Shown one piece after another: positions 31,909 to 39,810 of a DNA stretch of 64,000 nucleotides. Each line of letters opens with the position of its first letter. Position 1 is the first letter of the stretch. The translations under genes were made by a program, and so were the position numbers. Origin of the DNA: Coriobacteriaceae bacterium (GTDB taxonomy: Bacteria; Actinomycetota; Coriobacteriia; Coriobacteriales; UMGS124); assembly GCA_019421015.1 (NCBI GenBank), contig JAHZGC010000007.1, positions 23,397 through 87,396 of the forward strand. The letters run 5' to 3'. The notes under the pieces were generated by a model. The model was not told the origin of the DNA. It made no database searches and was given only the letters and a program-made list of their open reading frames with translations.

Positions 31909-33772
31909 CGTCGCCTCCCGTGCGTCGCAGGTACAGCTCCCAAAGCGCCGCGACCGTCACCGGGCGGCCGCGGTCGTTCAGGACGTGGTCGGCCGCCAGC
32001 CCGTCGGTGTAGTCGGCCAGCGGATAGACCCCCGCCCCGCCGTCGCGGCCAAGGTGCATCACCGTCGGCACCAGCTCGACGTCGGCGACGCGGGCCTCCC
32101 CGTCGCCGCCGCGCTCGAGCACGAGGCGGGCACAGACCCCCAGCATGCAGGCAAGGTCGTCTTGGACCGCCGCAAAGTTGCCGAGGCCCCAGGCCACGGC
32201 GCACGTCCGTCCGTCAGAACACGCCAGGCGCTCCCACCCCAGGGCCTCGTGGCCGTGGGAGCACAGCACGGCGTCGGCACCGGCGTCGGCCAGGCGCTGC
32301 ACCACCGCCCGCTCAGCCTGCGAGGGGGCGTCGCCGTACTCCTGCCCGATGTGCAGGAAGCACGCCACGAGGTCGACGTCGTCACAGGCCCGAGCGGCCT
32401 CAACCTGGGCGGCGAGCCTTTCGAGGCGCGCCGACGCCAAGGAGGCGTCCTGTTCCCCGGCCTCCGGCACCGCCGCCCCCAGGGCCTCCGCCCCCAAAGA
32501 GGCCACCTCGTAGGCAGACCCCTCGGGCAGCGTGCGGCCGTTCGTTCCATAGGTGGCGTCGAACAACGCGAGCCTGAACCCCCGCACCTCCACCACCGTG
32601 GGCCCGAAAGGTCCGTCGCCCTCGCCGTCGTCGCCCTCGCCGCCCGCAGCGGCATTCCCGCCCGCGCCCGGGACCTGCCGGACGCCGAGCAGCTCCACAT
32701 CGGGACGGCCCTCCCAAAAGGCCAGCGTGTCGGCCAACCCCCGTTCACCGCGGTCGAGTATGTGGTTGCTGGCGCCGAGCACGACGTCGAAGCCCGCCTC
32801 GGCCAGCGCGTCGCCCAGCGCCCAGGGCGTGCCGAAGTACGGGTAGCCGCCGTAGAGCGCCGGGTCGCTCACAAAGGGGGTCTCCTGCCCCACGACCGCC
32901 AGGTCGGCCTCGGCCACCAGCCCTACAACCGGTGCAAACAACGGGCCAAAGTCGAACCCGCCCTCGCCGTCGCGCGCGGCCGCAAGCAAGGCCTCGTGGC
33001 CGATGACGTCTCCAGCTGCGAGCACCGTGGCCCGTTCCACCGGGGTTGCCGCCCCCTCGGCCGCAGCCGCAGAGTCGTCCTCGAGCACAAAGCCCCAGCT
33101 GCCCCAGCGCCACCGGGTCTGCACGCCGCGACGATCGGTCAGGACGAGCGCGCCGCCGGCATCGACGTCCATGGCCGCGATCTCGACCCCCGTCTGCGAC
33201 GACATCCAGCGAGGGCGCAGCTCGCCGCCCTGCCAGCCAAGCACAAAGATGTGCTGGGTGAACTCCTCGCCGTCCTCGGGCTCCTCGACCCAGAACGGCC
33301 GCGAGCTCCCAAAGTTCGCCGCCCGCCATACCAGCAGGACCACCTCGGGCAGCCCGTCTCCGTCGAGGTCGGTCACCCGGCCGTCGCTCACCAGCCACTC
33401 GTCGGGAGAGGAGAAGACCGGCTCGGTCCCCTCGCCCCCCGCCGCCCATAGCTCGAAACGACCGCCGCCCACGAGGACGCCGTCGGGCACACCGTCGCCG
33501 GTAACGTCGGCCTTGTAGACGCGCGCATGCCAGGTCGCCCATGCGGGCGGGGCAACCCACAGGTCGCCCGCGTCCTCGGAGGCAGCGGCCGCCCGCGCAA
33601 AGGCCGCGGAACCCGAGGACCCATCCCCCGCGTCGCCGACATCCACCAACCCCGGGGGGTTCTCCCCCACGAGGGTGCCGACGCCCGCAAGGGCCATCGT
33701 CAGTGCGGCGCTTAGAGCAATCCGCAAAATTGCTGGACAAGGCGCGCGAAGGCGCGGCGTGCTGAGGCACAT
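31898..33772 (-). CDS. Secreted protein: N-terminal FG-GAP/VCBS-like repeats plus CapA (PGA_cap) metallophosphatase-like domain
   Basis: Has DxDxDG loops (DVTGDGVPDGVL, VTDLDGDGLPEVVLL) followed by CapA-family motifs (VLAAGDVIGH..., FGTPWALGDAL..AGFDVVLGASNHILD, HIGQEY, VLCSHGHE). The start is uncertain: ATG at 33772 lies inside a family A repeat, and the alternative is ATG at 33697. The 1109-aa ORF in the track is an overlap artefact. Confidence 0.65.
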   Translation of the reverse strand: MCLSTPRLRAPCPAILRIALSAALTMALAGVGTLVGENPPGLVDVGDAGDGSSGSAAFARAAAASEDAGDLWVAPPAWATWHARVYKADVTGDGVPDGVLVGGGRFELWAAGGEGTEPVFSSPDEWLVSDGRVTDLDGDGLPEVVLLVWRAANFGSSRPFWVEEPEDGEEFTQHIFVLGWQGGELRPRWMSSQTGVEIAAMDVDAGGALVLTDRRGVQTRWRWGSWGFVLEDDSAAAAEGAATPVERATVLAAGDVIGHEALLAAARDGEGGFDFGPLFAPVVGLVAEADLAVVGQETPFVSDPALYGGYPYFGTPWALGDALAEAGFDVVLGASNHILDRGERGLADTLAFWEGRPDVELLGVRQVPGAGGNAAAGGEGDDGEGDGPFGPTVVEVRGFRLALFDATYGTNGRTLPEGSAYEVASLGAEALGAAVPEAGEQDASLASARLERLAAQVEAARACDDVDLVACFLHIGQEYGDAPSQAERAVVQRLADAGADAVLCSHGHEALGWERLACSDGRTCAVAWGLGNFAAVQDDLACMLGVCARLVLERGGDGEARVADVELVPTVMHLGRDGGAGVYPLADYTDGLAADHVLNDRGRPVTVAALWELYLRRTGGDDGR

Positions 33773-33817
33773 GAGCCCGAGCGCAACGAAGTCCAGCGTT
33801 TTTATGGATTGCTCTAG
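33711..33817. repeat. Family A hairpin repeat, long (107-nt) variant
   Basis: Outer stem TAGAGCAATCC:GGATTGCTCTA, stem GCTGGAC:GTCCAGC, bulge AAGGC, apex GTGC-N4-GCAC, and the conserved CACATGAGCCCGAGCGCAACG shared with 63593-63698. Its terminal CTAG contains the DUF3160 stop codon. Confidence 0.7.
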
Positions 33818-36096
33818 TAGAAGTCGCGCCAGCATAGCGAGAAGTCGTCGGTCCAGCTCACGGGCGCGACCTGAGGCCTGCCAAAGGTCTCGGAGTCCAT
33901 GTTGTCCATGCCGAGCAGGCGCAGCCACGCGGCGTCGGTCAGGCGGTCGCCCAGGGGCCAGGGGAACTCGTAGTAGCTGTAGACCGAGCCGCTGGCCAGG
34001 CGCAGCGACCCCTCGACGGGCACCACGGCATAGATCGTGGACACCTCGCCGGTACCCACCTCGAGCACCTGGCCGTTGGGGTCGGAGGCGACGTCGGCCA
34101 CGATGGCCGAGGGGAACTCGAAGGTCGTGAGGTACTCCCCTTCGGGCACCTCGTCTTTGTGGACCTCCTGCCAGAAGTGCTCGATCTGCACGCCGAAGCT
34201 GCGGATCAGCTCGAACTCGTCGTCGGTCGGCAGCTCGTTGGCCAGCTCCTTGCGCGCAATCACCTCGAGCCGGGTCGCCAGCTCCTGCAAGATCCCCAGG
34301 TTCTGGGCGTCGGTCTCGCCGAGCAGGCCGTAGCCCGCAAGGCCCGCGGCCGTGGCCTCCACCAAAGACGCGAGGCGCGCGAACACCTCGGGCTCGGGCT
34401 CCACGTAGCCGCGGTCGTCGCGCGCCTCGACGCCGGCGCCGCCGCCCTCGGCCATCATCTGCTTGGCATAGAGGATCGTGTCGTGCTTGAGCTCGGCAAA
34501 GCTGCCGAGGAACGACTGCAGGTCCTTGCGGGCCCAGGCGTCGCCCTGCATGAAGGGCGGGTAGCCCTCGCCGCGGGCCAGCGCGAGCGGGCGCAGCATG
34601 AGGAGCCACTGGCTGTAGAGGCTCGCGAGCCAGGTGCTTGCGGGGGCGTCGGCCACCTGGGCGCGCAGGGCCTCCATCTGCTCGGGGTAGCCGGCGTAGG
34701 CGGTGGCCCCCAGGCCCTCGAGCAAGGCCAGCGCGGCGTCGGAGCCAAAGGCCGCGGGCACGTCGAGGCCGTTGGGCAGCAGGCGCTTGTCGCCCGCGGG
34801 GTTCTCGGCCACGCGGTTGTAGGTGAGCTGCGTGAAGATCGACTCGTCGAGCGAGAAGCGCTGGCCCATGACCCTGAAGCCCTTGCCCTCGTCGAGGTGG
34901 TCGACCTCGGTCCCCACATCGACCACGGGGATCGAGTTGATGCGCGGCGCGGGCAGCTCGGCCGTGAGCCGGTGGAACACGTCCCAGGCTGCGGTATTCG
35001 CGGCAAGGTCTGCGGTCTGGGGCACACCGCCGTAGGCCTCGCCGAGCAGGGCGCGGTACTCGTAGTAGCCGTTGTCGTCGCTGGCACCGGCAAAGAAGCC
35101 CGTGATCGTGTAGACGGCCGACCACAGGTCGAGCGCCTGGGCGTCCTGGGCCAGGGCCAGCGTGACGAGCAGCGCACCGCGGTCCAGGTCCTCGTCCTTC
35201 TGTGCAAAGTTGCGCCGCCCGTACCACATCATCGCGCGGAAGTATGCCTCGAGGTCGGGGTTGCCCTCGTAGTAGCCGCGCGGCGCGTACTGGCTGTAGT
35301 CCTCGTCGCCGCCGAAGAGAGGCGACGCCGCGATGCCGCCGGCCCCCATGACCAGGTCGAGCTCGGCCTGGACCTGCTCCTGCACCTCGGGCGGCACGGG
35401 TCCGTCAGCACCCATGAGCTGCGATGCCACGGCGAAGAAGCCCGCGTTGCGCCGGGCCGCCTGCTCCCACTCGGTGCCGCGCAGGACCTCGAGCTGGGCC
35501 TCGCTGGCCTGGAGGAGAAGCCCCGCGAGGTTGCGCACCATCGCGGAGAGGTAGCCGCGCTCGGTATTGCGCAGCAAGAAGGCAAAGTAGAGGTGGTAGG
35601 TGTGGGTCATGGCGTCGACGGTCACGAAGTTCGGCACCAGGTTGTAGCGGTTCTGCTCAAAGACCTCGAAGAACTCGCGGCCGGTCTCGCGCATGATAAG
35701 AAAGCCGTTGCGCCGCAGGCAGTCGAGCTGCGCGTCGTTGAGGTAGAAGGCGTCCATGTTGATGACGTTCGAGAAGTCATCGGCCACCGTGTAGGGCTCC
35801 ACGGCCGGGCTCACCGGGTCGTAGGCCCTGTCGGCGATGGACTGCAGCAGCGACGGGCGCCCGGAAGGCGCGGCGGCAGGGGCGGCCGGAGCGCTCTCGG
35901 ACCCCTCGGCAGACTTGAGCAGCTCCTGCATGTAGGCGCCCAGGTCGCGCAGGGCCGAGGCCTCGGCTTTGGCGGGGGCCGCCGCCAAGCCAGCAACGGC
36001 CGCGGCGGAGAGGCCCGCGAAGGCGCGACGGCTTAGGGGGCGGCGGCCGCAGGGCCCTTCGTCGGGTGTGCCGGGAACGACGGACGTGTGGGCCAT
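33814..36096 (-). CDS. DUF3160-family secreted protein (Tat/Sec signal)
   Basis: 760 aa with the signal LSRRAFAGLSAAAVAGLAAAPAKA. The motifs (FVTVDAMTHTYHLYF, YAPRGYYEGNPDLEAYFRAMMWYGR) match my recollection of the DUF3160 family. Confidence 0.7.
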   Translation of the reverse strand: MAHTSVVPGTPDEGPCGRRPLSRRAFAGLSAAAVAGLAAAPAKAEASALRDLGAYMQELLKSAEGSESAPAAPAAAPSGRPSLLQSIADRAYDPVSPAVEPYTVADDFSNVINMDAFYLNDAQLDCLRRNGFLIMRETGREFFEVFEQNRYNLVPNFVTVDAMTHTYHLYFAFLLRNTERGYLSAMVRNLAGLLLQASEAQLEVLRGTEWEQAARRNAGFFAVASQLMGADGPVPPEVQEQVQAELDLVMGAGGIAASPLFGGDEDYSQYAPRGYYEGNPDLEAYFRAMMWYGRRNFAQKDEDLDRGALLVTLALAQDAQALDLWSAVYTITGFFAGASDDNGYYEYRALLGEAYGGVPQTADLAANTAAWDVFHRLTAELPAPRINSIPVVDVGTEVDHLDEGKGFRVMGQRFSLDESIFTQLTYNRVAENPAGDKRLLPNGLDVPAAFGSDAALALLEGLGATAYAGYPEQMEALRAQVADAPASTWLASLYSQWLLMLRPLALARGEGYPPFMQGDAWARKDLQSFLGSFAELKHDTILYAKQMMAEGGGAGVEARDDRGYVEPEPEVFARLASLVEATAAGLAGYGLLGETDAQNLGILQELATRLEVIARKELANELPTDDEFELIRSFGVQIEHFWQEVHKDEVPEGEYLTTFEFPSAIVADVASDPNGQVLEVGTGEVSTIYAVVPVEGSLRLASGSVYSYYEFPWPLGDRLTDAAWLRLLGMDNMDSETFGRPQVAPVSWTDDFSLCWRDFY

Positions 36097-36208
36097 GGTT
36101 TCTCACCGAGCCTTTCCCGCGCCGGGCGCGGTCGGGTTTGCAATGGGACCATGATACCCCTCGCGCGGCGCAGCGGGGTCGCGGACCGGCCGCGTCCCAT
36201 CCCGGCAC

Positions 36209-36238
36209 TTGACTTCTTACAGGTTCCTGTTGTATCTT
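36209..36238 (+). promoter_or_regulatory. Candidate promoter with a GGTTCCTGTT direct repeat upstream of marR
   Basis: TTGACT (36209-36214), an 18-nt spacer, then TATCTT (36233-36238). GGTTCCTGTT occurs twice (36222-36231 and 36250-36259), a possible MarR operator. Confidence 0.3.
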
Positions 36239-36294
36239 TGTTCTTGCCGGTTCCTGTTAATCTTTTGCACCGACGCAACGGCAAAGGAGCTCCC

Positions 36295-36933
36295 ATGGAT
36301 TCGCAAGCCACCGTCAGCGAGCAGCTCGGTTCGCTGGCACACCTCATGGCCCTGGCCCGCATGCAAAACGGGCTCGAGGCCACCCCGCTGCGCAACGCCA
36401 CCAAGGGGCGCGGCCGTATCCTCGCCTTTTTGAACATCAAGGACGGTGTGAGCACCAAGAATCTGGCCACCGTGCTCGCCCTGCGGGTCTCCTCCCTCAA
36501 CGAGCTGCTTGCAAAGCTCGAGGCCGACGGCTACATCGAGCGCAGGCCCGACCCTGAGGACGGCCGCGTGAGCCTGATCTACCTCACCGACAAGGGCCGC
36601 GAGGCCGACCCGACGGCCCCGGCCGCCGCCGTGGAACCGGAGGACTTCTTGGCCCCCGCCGAGCGCGAGGAGTTCCAGCGGCTGCTCGCAAAGGTGATCG
36701 GCGGTTTTGAGTCGACCCTCGACAGCGGCACCCTGGCGCGCTTCAAGGCCGAGCGCGAACGGCGCCGCGAGGTCCTGCGCTCCCTCTTCACCGGCGAGAA
36801 CGACCCCGAGGCACCCCGGTCCTCTGCGGGCTTCTCGCCCGACGCCTGGACCTCGCGGTTCGGGTCGCTGCCGTTCTGGCACGCCGAGAACCGCAAGGCC
36901 CCCTCGCCCGCAGACGAACCGCGCGTGCGCTAG
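36295..36933 (+). CDS. MarR-family transcriptional regulator with an extended C-terminal tail
   Basis: ATG at 36295 is preceded by AAAGGAG. The winged helix is ILAFLNIKDGVSTKNLATVLALRVSSLNELLAKLEADGYIERRPDPEDGRVSLIYLTDKG. Confidence 0.8.
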   Translation: MDSQATVSEQLGSLAHLMALARMQNGLEATPLRNATKGRGRILAFLNIKDGVSTKNLATVLALRVSSLNELLAKLEADGYIERRPDPEDGRVSLIYLTDKGREADPTAPAAAVEPEDFLAPAEREEFQRLLAKVIGGFESTLDSGTLARFKAERERRREVLRSLFTGENDPEAPRSSAGFSPDAWTSRFGSLPFWHAENRKAPSPADEPRVR

Positions 36934-36953
36934 CGCGCCCCAGGAGGATACCC

Positions 36954-37643
36954 ATGGACCGCAACGAAGTCATAATCCCCGAGGTGCCCCAAGGTCCCAA
37001 AGACGTCACGAGCCACCTGCTGGGCGTGCACCTGAGCGTGCCCCGGGCCGCCCACGACTGCCCCGGCATCAAGCTGCTGGGCCGCACCGTGCGCTCGCTC
37101 GTGTTCTCGACCGACCTGGTGGTCATACGCAACTGCGACGCCGACGCCGTGCTCGCGGTGTACCCCTTTACCTGCCAGCCCGCTATAACCCAGGCGCTCG
37201 TGTCGACGGCCGGGCGTCCCGTGCTCACCGGCGTGGCCGGGTCGACCACCTCGGGCGCGCGCTCGGTTCTGCTCGCCATGGAGTCGGAGACCCAGGGTGT
37301 GAGCGGCGTGGTGCTGAACTACGGGGCGACCCCGGAGCTCGTGGCCTCCATCGCCCAGACCGTCGACGTGCCCGTGGTCGTCACCATCACCGACTGGGAC
37401 GACCTTGCCCGCGAGAAGGTGGCCGCCGGCGCCCTCGTGCTCAACGTGGCCGCCGGCTCGCACACCCCGCAGGTCGTGGCGGCGGTGCGCGACGAGCTGC
37501 CGTTCATGCCGATCATCGCCACGGCCGGCCCCACCGAGGAGTCGGCCCGGGCCACCGTGGACGCCGGGGCCGACGCCGTCTCGTGGACGCCGCCCTCGCT
37601 GCAGCAGATTGAGAAGGAGCTCATGGCGCGGGGGCGGGAGTAG
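36954..37643 (+). CDS. Hypothetical protein, alternating beta/alpha pattern (possible TIM-barrel-like fold), family not recognised
   Basis: 229-aa ORF preceded by CAGGAGGA, probably co-transcribed with marR. The strand/helix periodicity (VVVTITD, VLNVAAG, IIATAGP) suggests an alpha/beta fold. Confidence 0.5.
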   Translation: MDRNEVIIPEVPQGPKDVTSHLLGVHLSVPRAAHDCPGIKLLGRTVRSLVFSTDLVVIRNCDADAVLAVYPFTCQPAITQALVSTAGRPVLTGVAGSTTSGARSVLLAMESETQGVSGVVLNYGATPELVASIAQTVDVPVVVTITDWDDLAREKVAAGALVLNVAAGSHTPQVVAAVRDELPFMPIIATAGPTEESARATVDAGADAVSWTPPSLQQIEKELMARGRE

Positions 37644-37700
37644 GAGCGCGCGGGGCGAAGGGGCGCGGCAGGCGTGCTGCGGGCAGATCGCCGAAGAGCG

Positions 37701-37820
37701 CGCCTGTACTCCGCCGGCGAGTTCGGCAGCGTGTGGTCCAACAAGTACGAGGGCTGCGGCAACATCGGCGAGTGCTGCGCTTTCGGCCGCATCGCAGCGC
37801 GCAACGCGCTGAAGGCGTAA
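37701..37820 (+). pseudogene. Relic of the last ~39 codons of a flavocytochrome-type FAD reductase gene
   Basis: Hand translation gives RLYSAGEFGSVWSNKYEGCGNIGECCAFGRIAARNALKA*. This matches the C-terminal LY(S/A)(A/V)GE...G...FG.IAG.NA signature of the intact paralogs at 16333, 24525 and 56564. There is no upstream coding continuity. Confidence 0.55.
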
Positions 37821-38078
37821 CGCCCGATCGGTAAAACTCGAGTTGTTTCCGCAAAAAGGCCTATCGGGATAGGTGCCCGGCTCCCCAATGACCCCCGAAG
37901 GAGGGTGCCGAGGAACCGGGCATAAGCGCGCTGTCCAACGGCAGCCCATCTACCAGGCACTTCTCCGACGCGCATCGCGGAGAAGCCGCGGGAGCCCCCG
38001 CAGCGGAGAGGACCACGGGGCTTCTCGCCTATCCAGAACCCCCTTTGTGCGGAAGTATCTCCCCTTTGGGCGTTTTGC
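37814..38078. mobile_element. Family C element, copy 1 (~265 bp, ~55-60 nt imperfect terminal inverted repeats)
   Basis: Left arm is GGCGTAACGCCC...TTCCGCAAAAAGGCCTATCGGGATAGG. Right arm is CCTATCCAGAACCCCCTTTGTGCGGAAGTATCTCCCCTTTGGGCGTTTTGC, its inverted complement with an 8-nt indel. It is collinear with 46418-46683. Confidence 0.6.
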
Positions 38079-38133
38079 AAAAACGGCGGGGTCGCCAAAG
38101 GCAGACCCGCGCCATCGCATATACAGCCGTGCT

Positions 38134-38182
38134 CCAAAAACACCCCGGCTCGCAAGCCCTAACGGGCCGCGAGCCGGGGTGT
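38134..38182 (-). terminator. Rho-independent terminator of the 43209-38224 reductase operon
   Basis: ACACCCCGGCTCGC (38140-38153) pairs with GCGAGCCGGGGTGT (38169-38182). On the minus strand the stem is followed by a T5 run. Confidence 0.6.
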
Positions 38183-38223
38183 CTTGCGTCGCAGGGCCCC
38201 ATGCGAAGCCCCAAAGCGCTTCT

Positions 38224-39132
38224 CTATATGCCCAGAGCCCCCAGGCACAGCCTGAAGCACACCGCGCCCACGAGCGTGCACGCCAGAGCCGCCGACCCCA
38301 ACGCAAGCACGCGCCCGCCGGCCCTCTCCCCCTTGCCAAGGAACAGCACGGCCGAGAGGACCAGGGGCACCACGGCGCCCACGGCCACGGCGCCACCCCA
38401 GAACAGCGGCGCGCTCGCGCCCGAGAGCACCGCAGCCAGCATGTCGGAGGCGGCCACGGCACTCGCCGCCTTGACGTTGTACTTGGCCATCGAGAACATC
38501 GAGGTGGTCGCCGCGCTCGCCGCCTGCGAGTCGAGCGCGAACACCCCGAGCACCACGGCCATGCCGACCGCCGAGAGCGCCACACAGGGCAGCGCCGCCT
38601 TGCGCGCGAGGCCCACGGCGTCGTCGCACCCCAGGGCCGCCCCGAGCACGAGCTCGCCCAGGGCGCCCAAGGCCAGGGCGTTCACCGCGTAGTAGGCGGC
38701 AAGCGCCCAAAAGTCGGGCGTCAACGTTGAGAGGTGCAGGTAGTTGTAGTTACCAAAGGCCACGAACGCCATGACGGCCACCGAGACCGCGGCGCCGGCC
38801 ACACCGCACCAGCGCGGCACGCTGCCGTCCTCGGAGCGCACCGACACCACCAGGTAGACGAGGCAGACCACCACGAAGAGCACGGCGGCGTAGAGCAGGT
38901 GCGTGGTGGGCGACGTCACGTTGGCGAACATGCCAAAGACGCGCTCCACGTGGCCCATCCGCGCTGCAAAGCACCCAAGCGCCGCGACCGCGGCCGCCAA
39001 GGAGATGGCGGCCGCGGCGCGGTTGCAGCGCTCGGCGCGGTAGAGGCTCGCCTGGATGCCTTGGAAGAGCATCAGGCCGCTAGCAAGACACATCGGCAGC
39101 GAAAACGCCGCGAGAAGCCCTCCCACGCCCAT
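38224..39132 (-). CDS. DmsC-like membrane anchor subunit of a molybdopterin oxidoreductase
   Basis: 302 aa, ~8 TM helices. It is a paralog of 47004..47903 (shared RSEDGSVPRW motif) and starts 3 nt after the FeS subunit gene stop. Confidence 0.75.
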   Translation of the reverse strand: MGVGGLLAAFSLPMCLASGLMLFQGIQASLYRAERCNRAAAAISLAAAVAALGCFAARMGHVERVFGMFANVTSPTTHLLYAAVLFVVVCLVYLVVSVRSEDGSVPRWCGVAGAAVSVAVMAFVAFGNYNYLHLSTLTPDFWALAAYYAVNALALGALGELVLGAALGCDDAVGLARKAALPCVALSAVGMAVVLGVFALDSQAASAATTSMFSMAKYNVKAASAVAASDMLAAVLSGASAPLFWGGAVAVGAVVPLVLSAVLFLGKGERAGGRVLALGSAALACTLVGAVCFRLCLGALGI

Positions 39133-39135
39133 GGC

Positions 39136-39807
39136 CTAGCTCAGCCACTCGCGGTCGCGGCGGTCGCCGTAGCCGTGGCGCAGGATGTAGTAGAGCTGCG
39201 GGCCGTTGCCCGCGTCGGGCAGCTGGTGCAGGTCGGTGTCCTCGAAGGGCTCCACGGCGTCGCGGATCTTGCGGCGCACGGCCTGCTGCTCCTCGTAGGT
39301 GCCGGCCGCCTCGGGGCGCCAGGGGCCCTCGAAGGAGTCGATACCCTCGTCGAGGTCGCCGAAGAAGCGGGCGCGGCCGCCGCACTGGGCCACGCAGGCG
39401 GGGAGCTCGCCCTTGTCGACGAGCTGCTCGCACAGCGTGCACTTCTCCACGACGTTGAGCTCCTCGTTGAGGTAGCGCACGCCGTAGGGGCAGGCGCTCA
39501 CGCAGGCCTGGCAGCCGATGCAGGCCTCCTTGTCGATCTGCACGGTGCCGTTGTCCATCTTGACGCTCGCACCCGTGGGGCACACGGTGGTGCACTCGGG
39601 GGTGGCGCAGTGCTGGCACTGCATCGGCAGGAAATACATGTCGACGTCGGGGAACTGGGCGCCCTCGTACTTGGGCGTGGGGCCCACGCGCATGGAGCGG
39701 ATCCAGTAGTTGCCCACGGGCACGCCGTTGGCGGCCTTGCAGTGGACCGTACAGGCGAGGCAGCCGGTGCAGCGGTTCAGGTCGGTGATGATCGCATACT
39801 GAGACAT
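39136..39807 (-). CDS. 4Fe-4S ferredoxin-type subunit (DmsB-like)
   Basis: Starts MSQYAIITDLNRCTGCLACTVHC and has four Cys clusters (CQHCATPEC, CIGCQACVSAC, CTLC...C). Confidence 0.9.
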   Translation of the reverse strand: MSQYAIITDLNRCTGCLACTVHCKAANGVPVGNYWIRSMRVGPTPKYEGAQFPDVDMYFLPMQCQHCATPECTTVCPTGASVKMDNGTVQIDKEACIGCQACVSACPYGVRYLNEELNVVEKCTLCEQLVDKGELPACVAQCGGRARFFGDLDEGIDSFEGPWRPEAAGTYEEQQAVRRKIRDAVEPFEDTDLHQLPDAGNGPQLYYILRHGYGDRRDREWLS

Positions 39808-39810
39808 AGA

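Noticed and set aside
33711-33817. Family A elements as integron attC sites (imperfect palindromes located right after stop codons).
   Set aside because: No intI integrase or attI is present. The element ends (CTAGAGC...) do not match the RYYYAAC/GTTRRRY core sites. The flanking genes are ordinary operon members in mixed contexts, including insertion within a CDS.
31898-35227. A single 1109-aa ORF in the track spanning the CapA-like gene and overlapping the DUF3160 gene.
   Set aside because: The N-terminal ~480 residues are Arg/Pro/Gly-rich nonsense. They overlap the well-supported DUF3160 CDS (33814..36096) in another frame. Recognisable CapA/FG-GAP sequence only begins after ~33772.
37645-37700. 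A possible partial family A copy (GCGAAGGGGCGCGGCAGGCGTGCTGCGGGCAGAT resembles GCGAAGGCGCGGCGTGCTGAGGCACAT at 33746-33772).
   Set aside because: The match is short and GC-rich, lacks the complementary arm, and lacks the conserved GAGCCC...GCGCAACG core. It cannot be distinguished from chance similarity without a statistical alignment.
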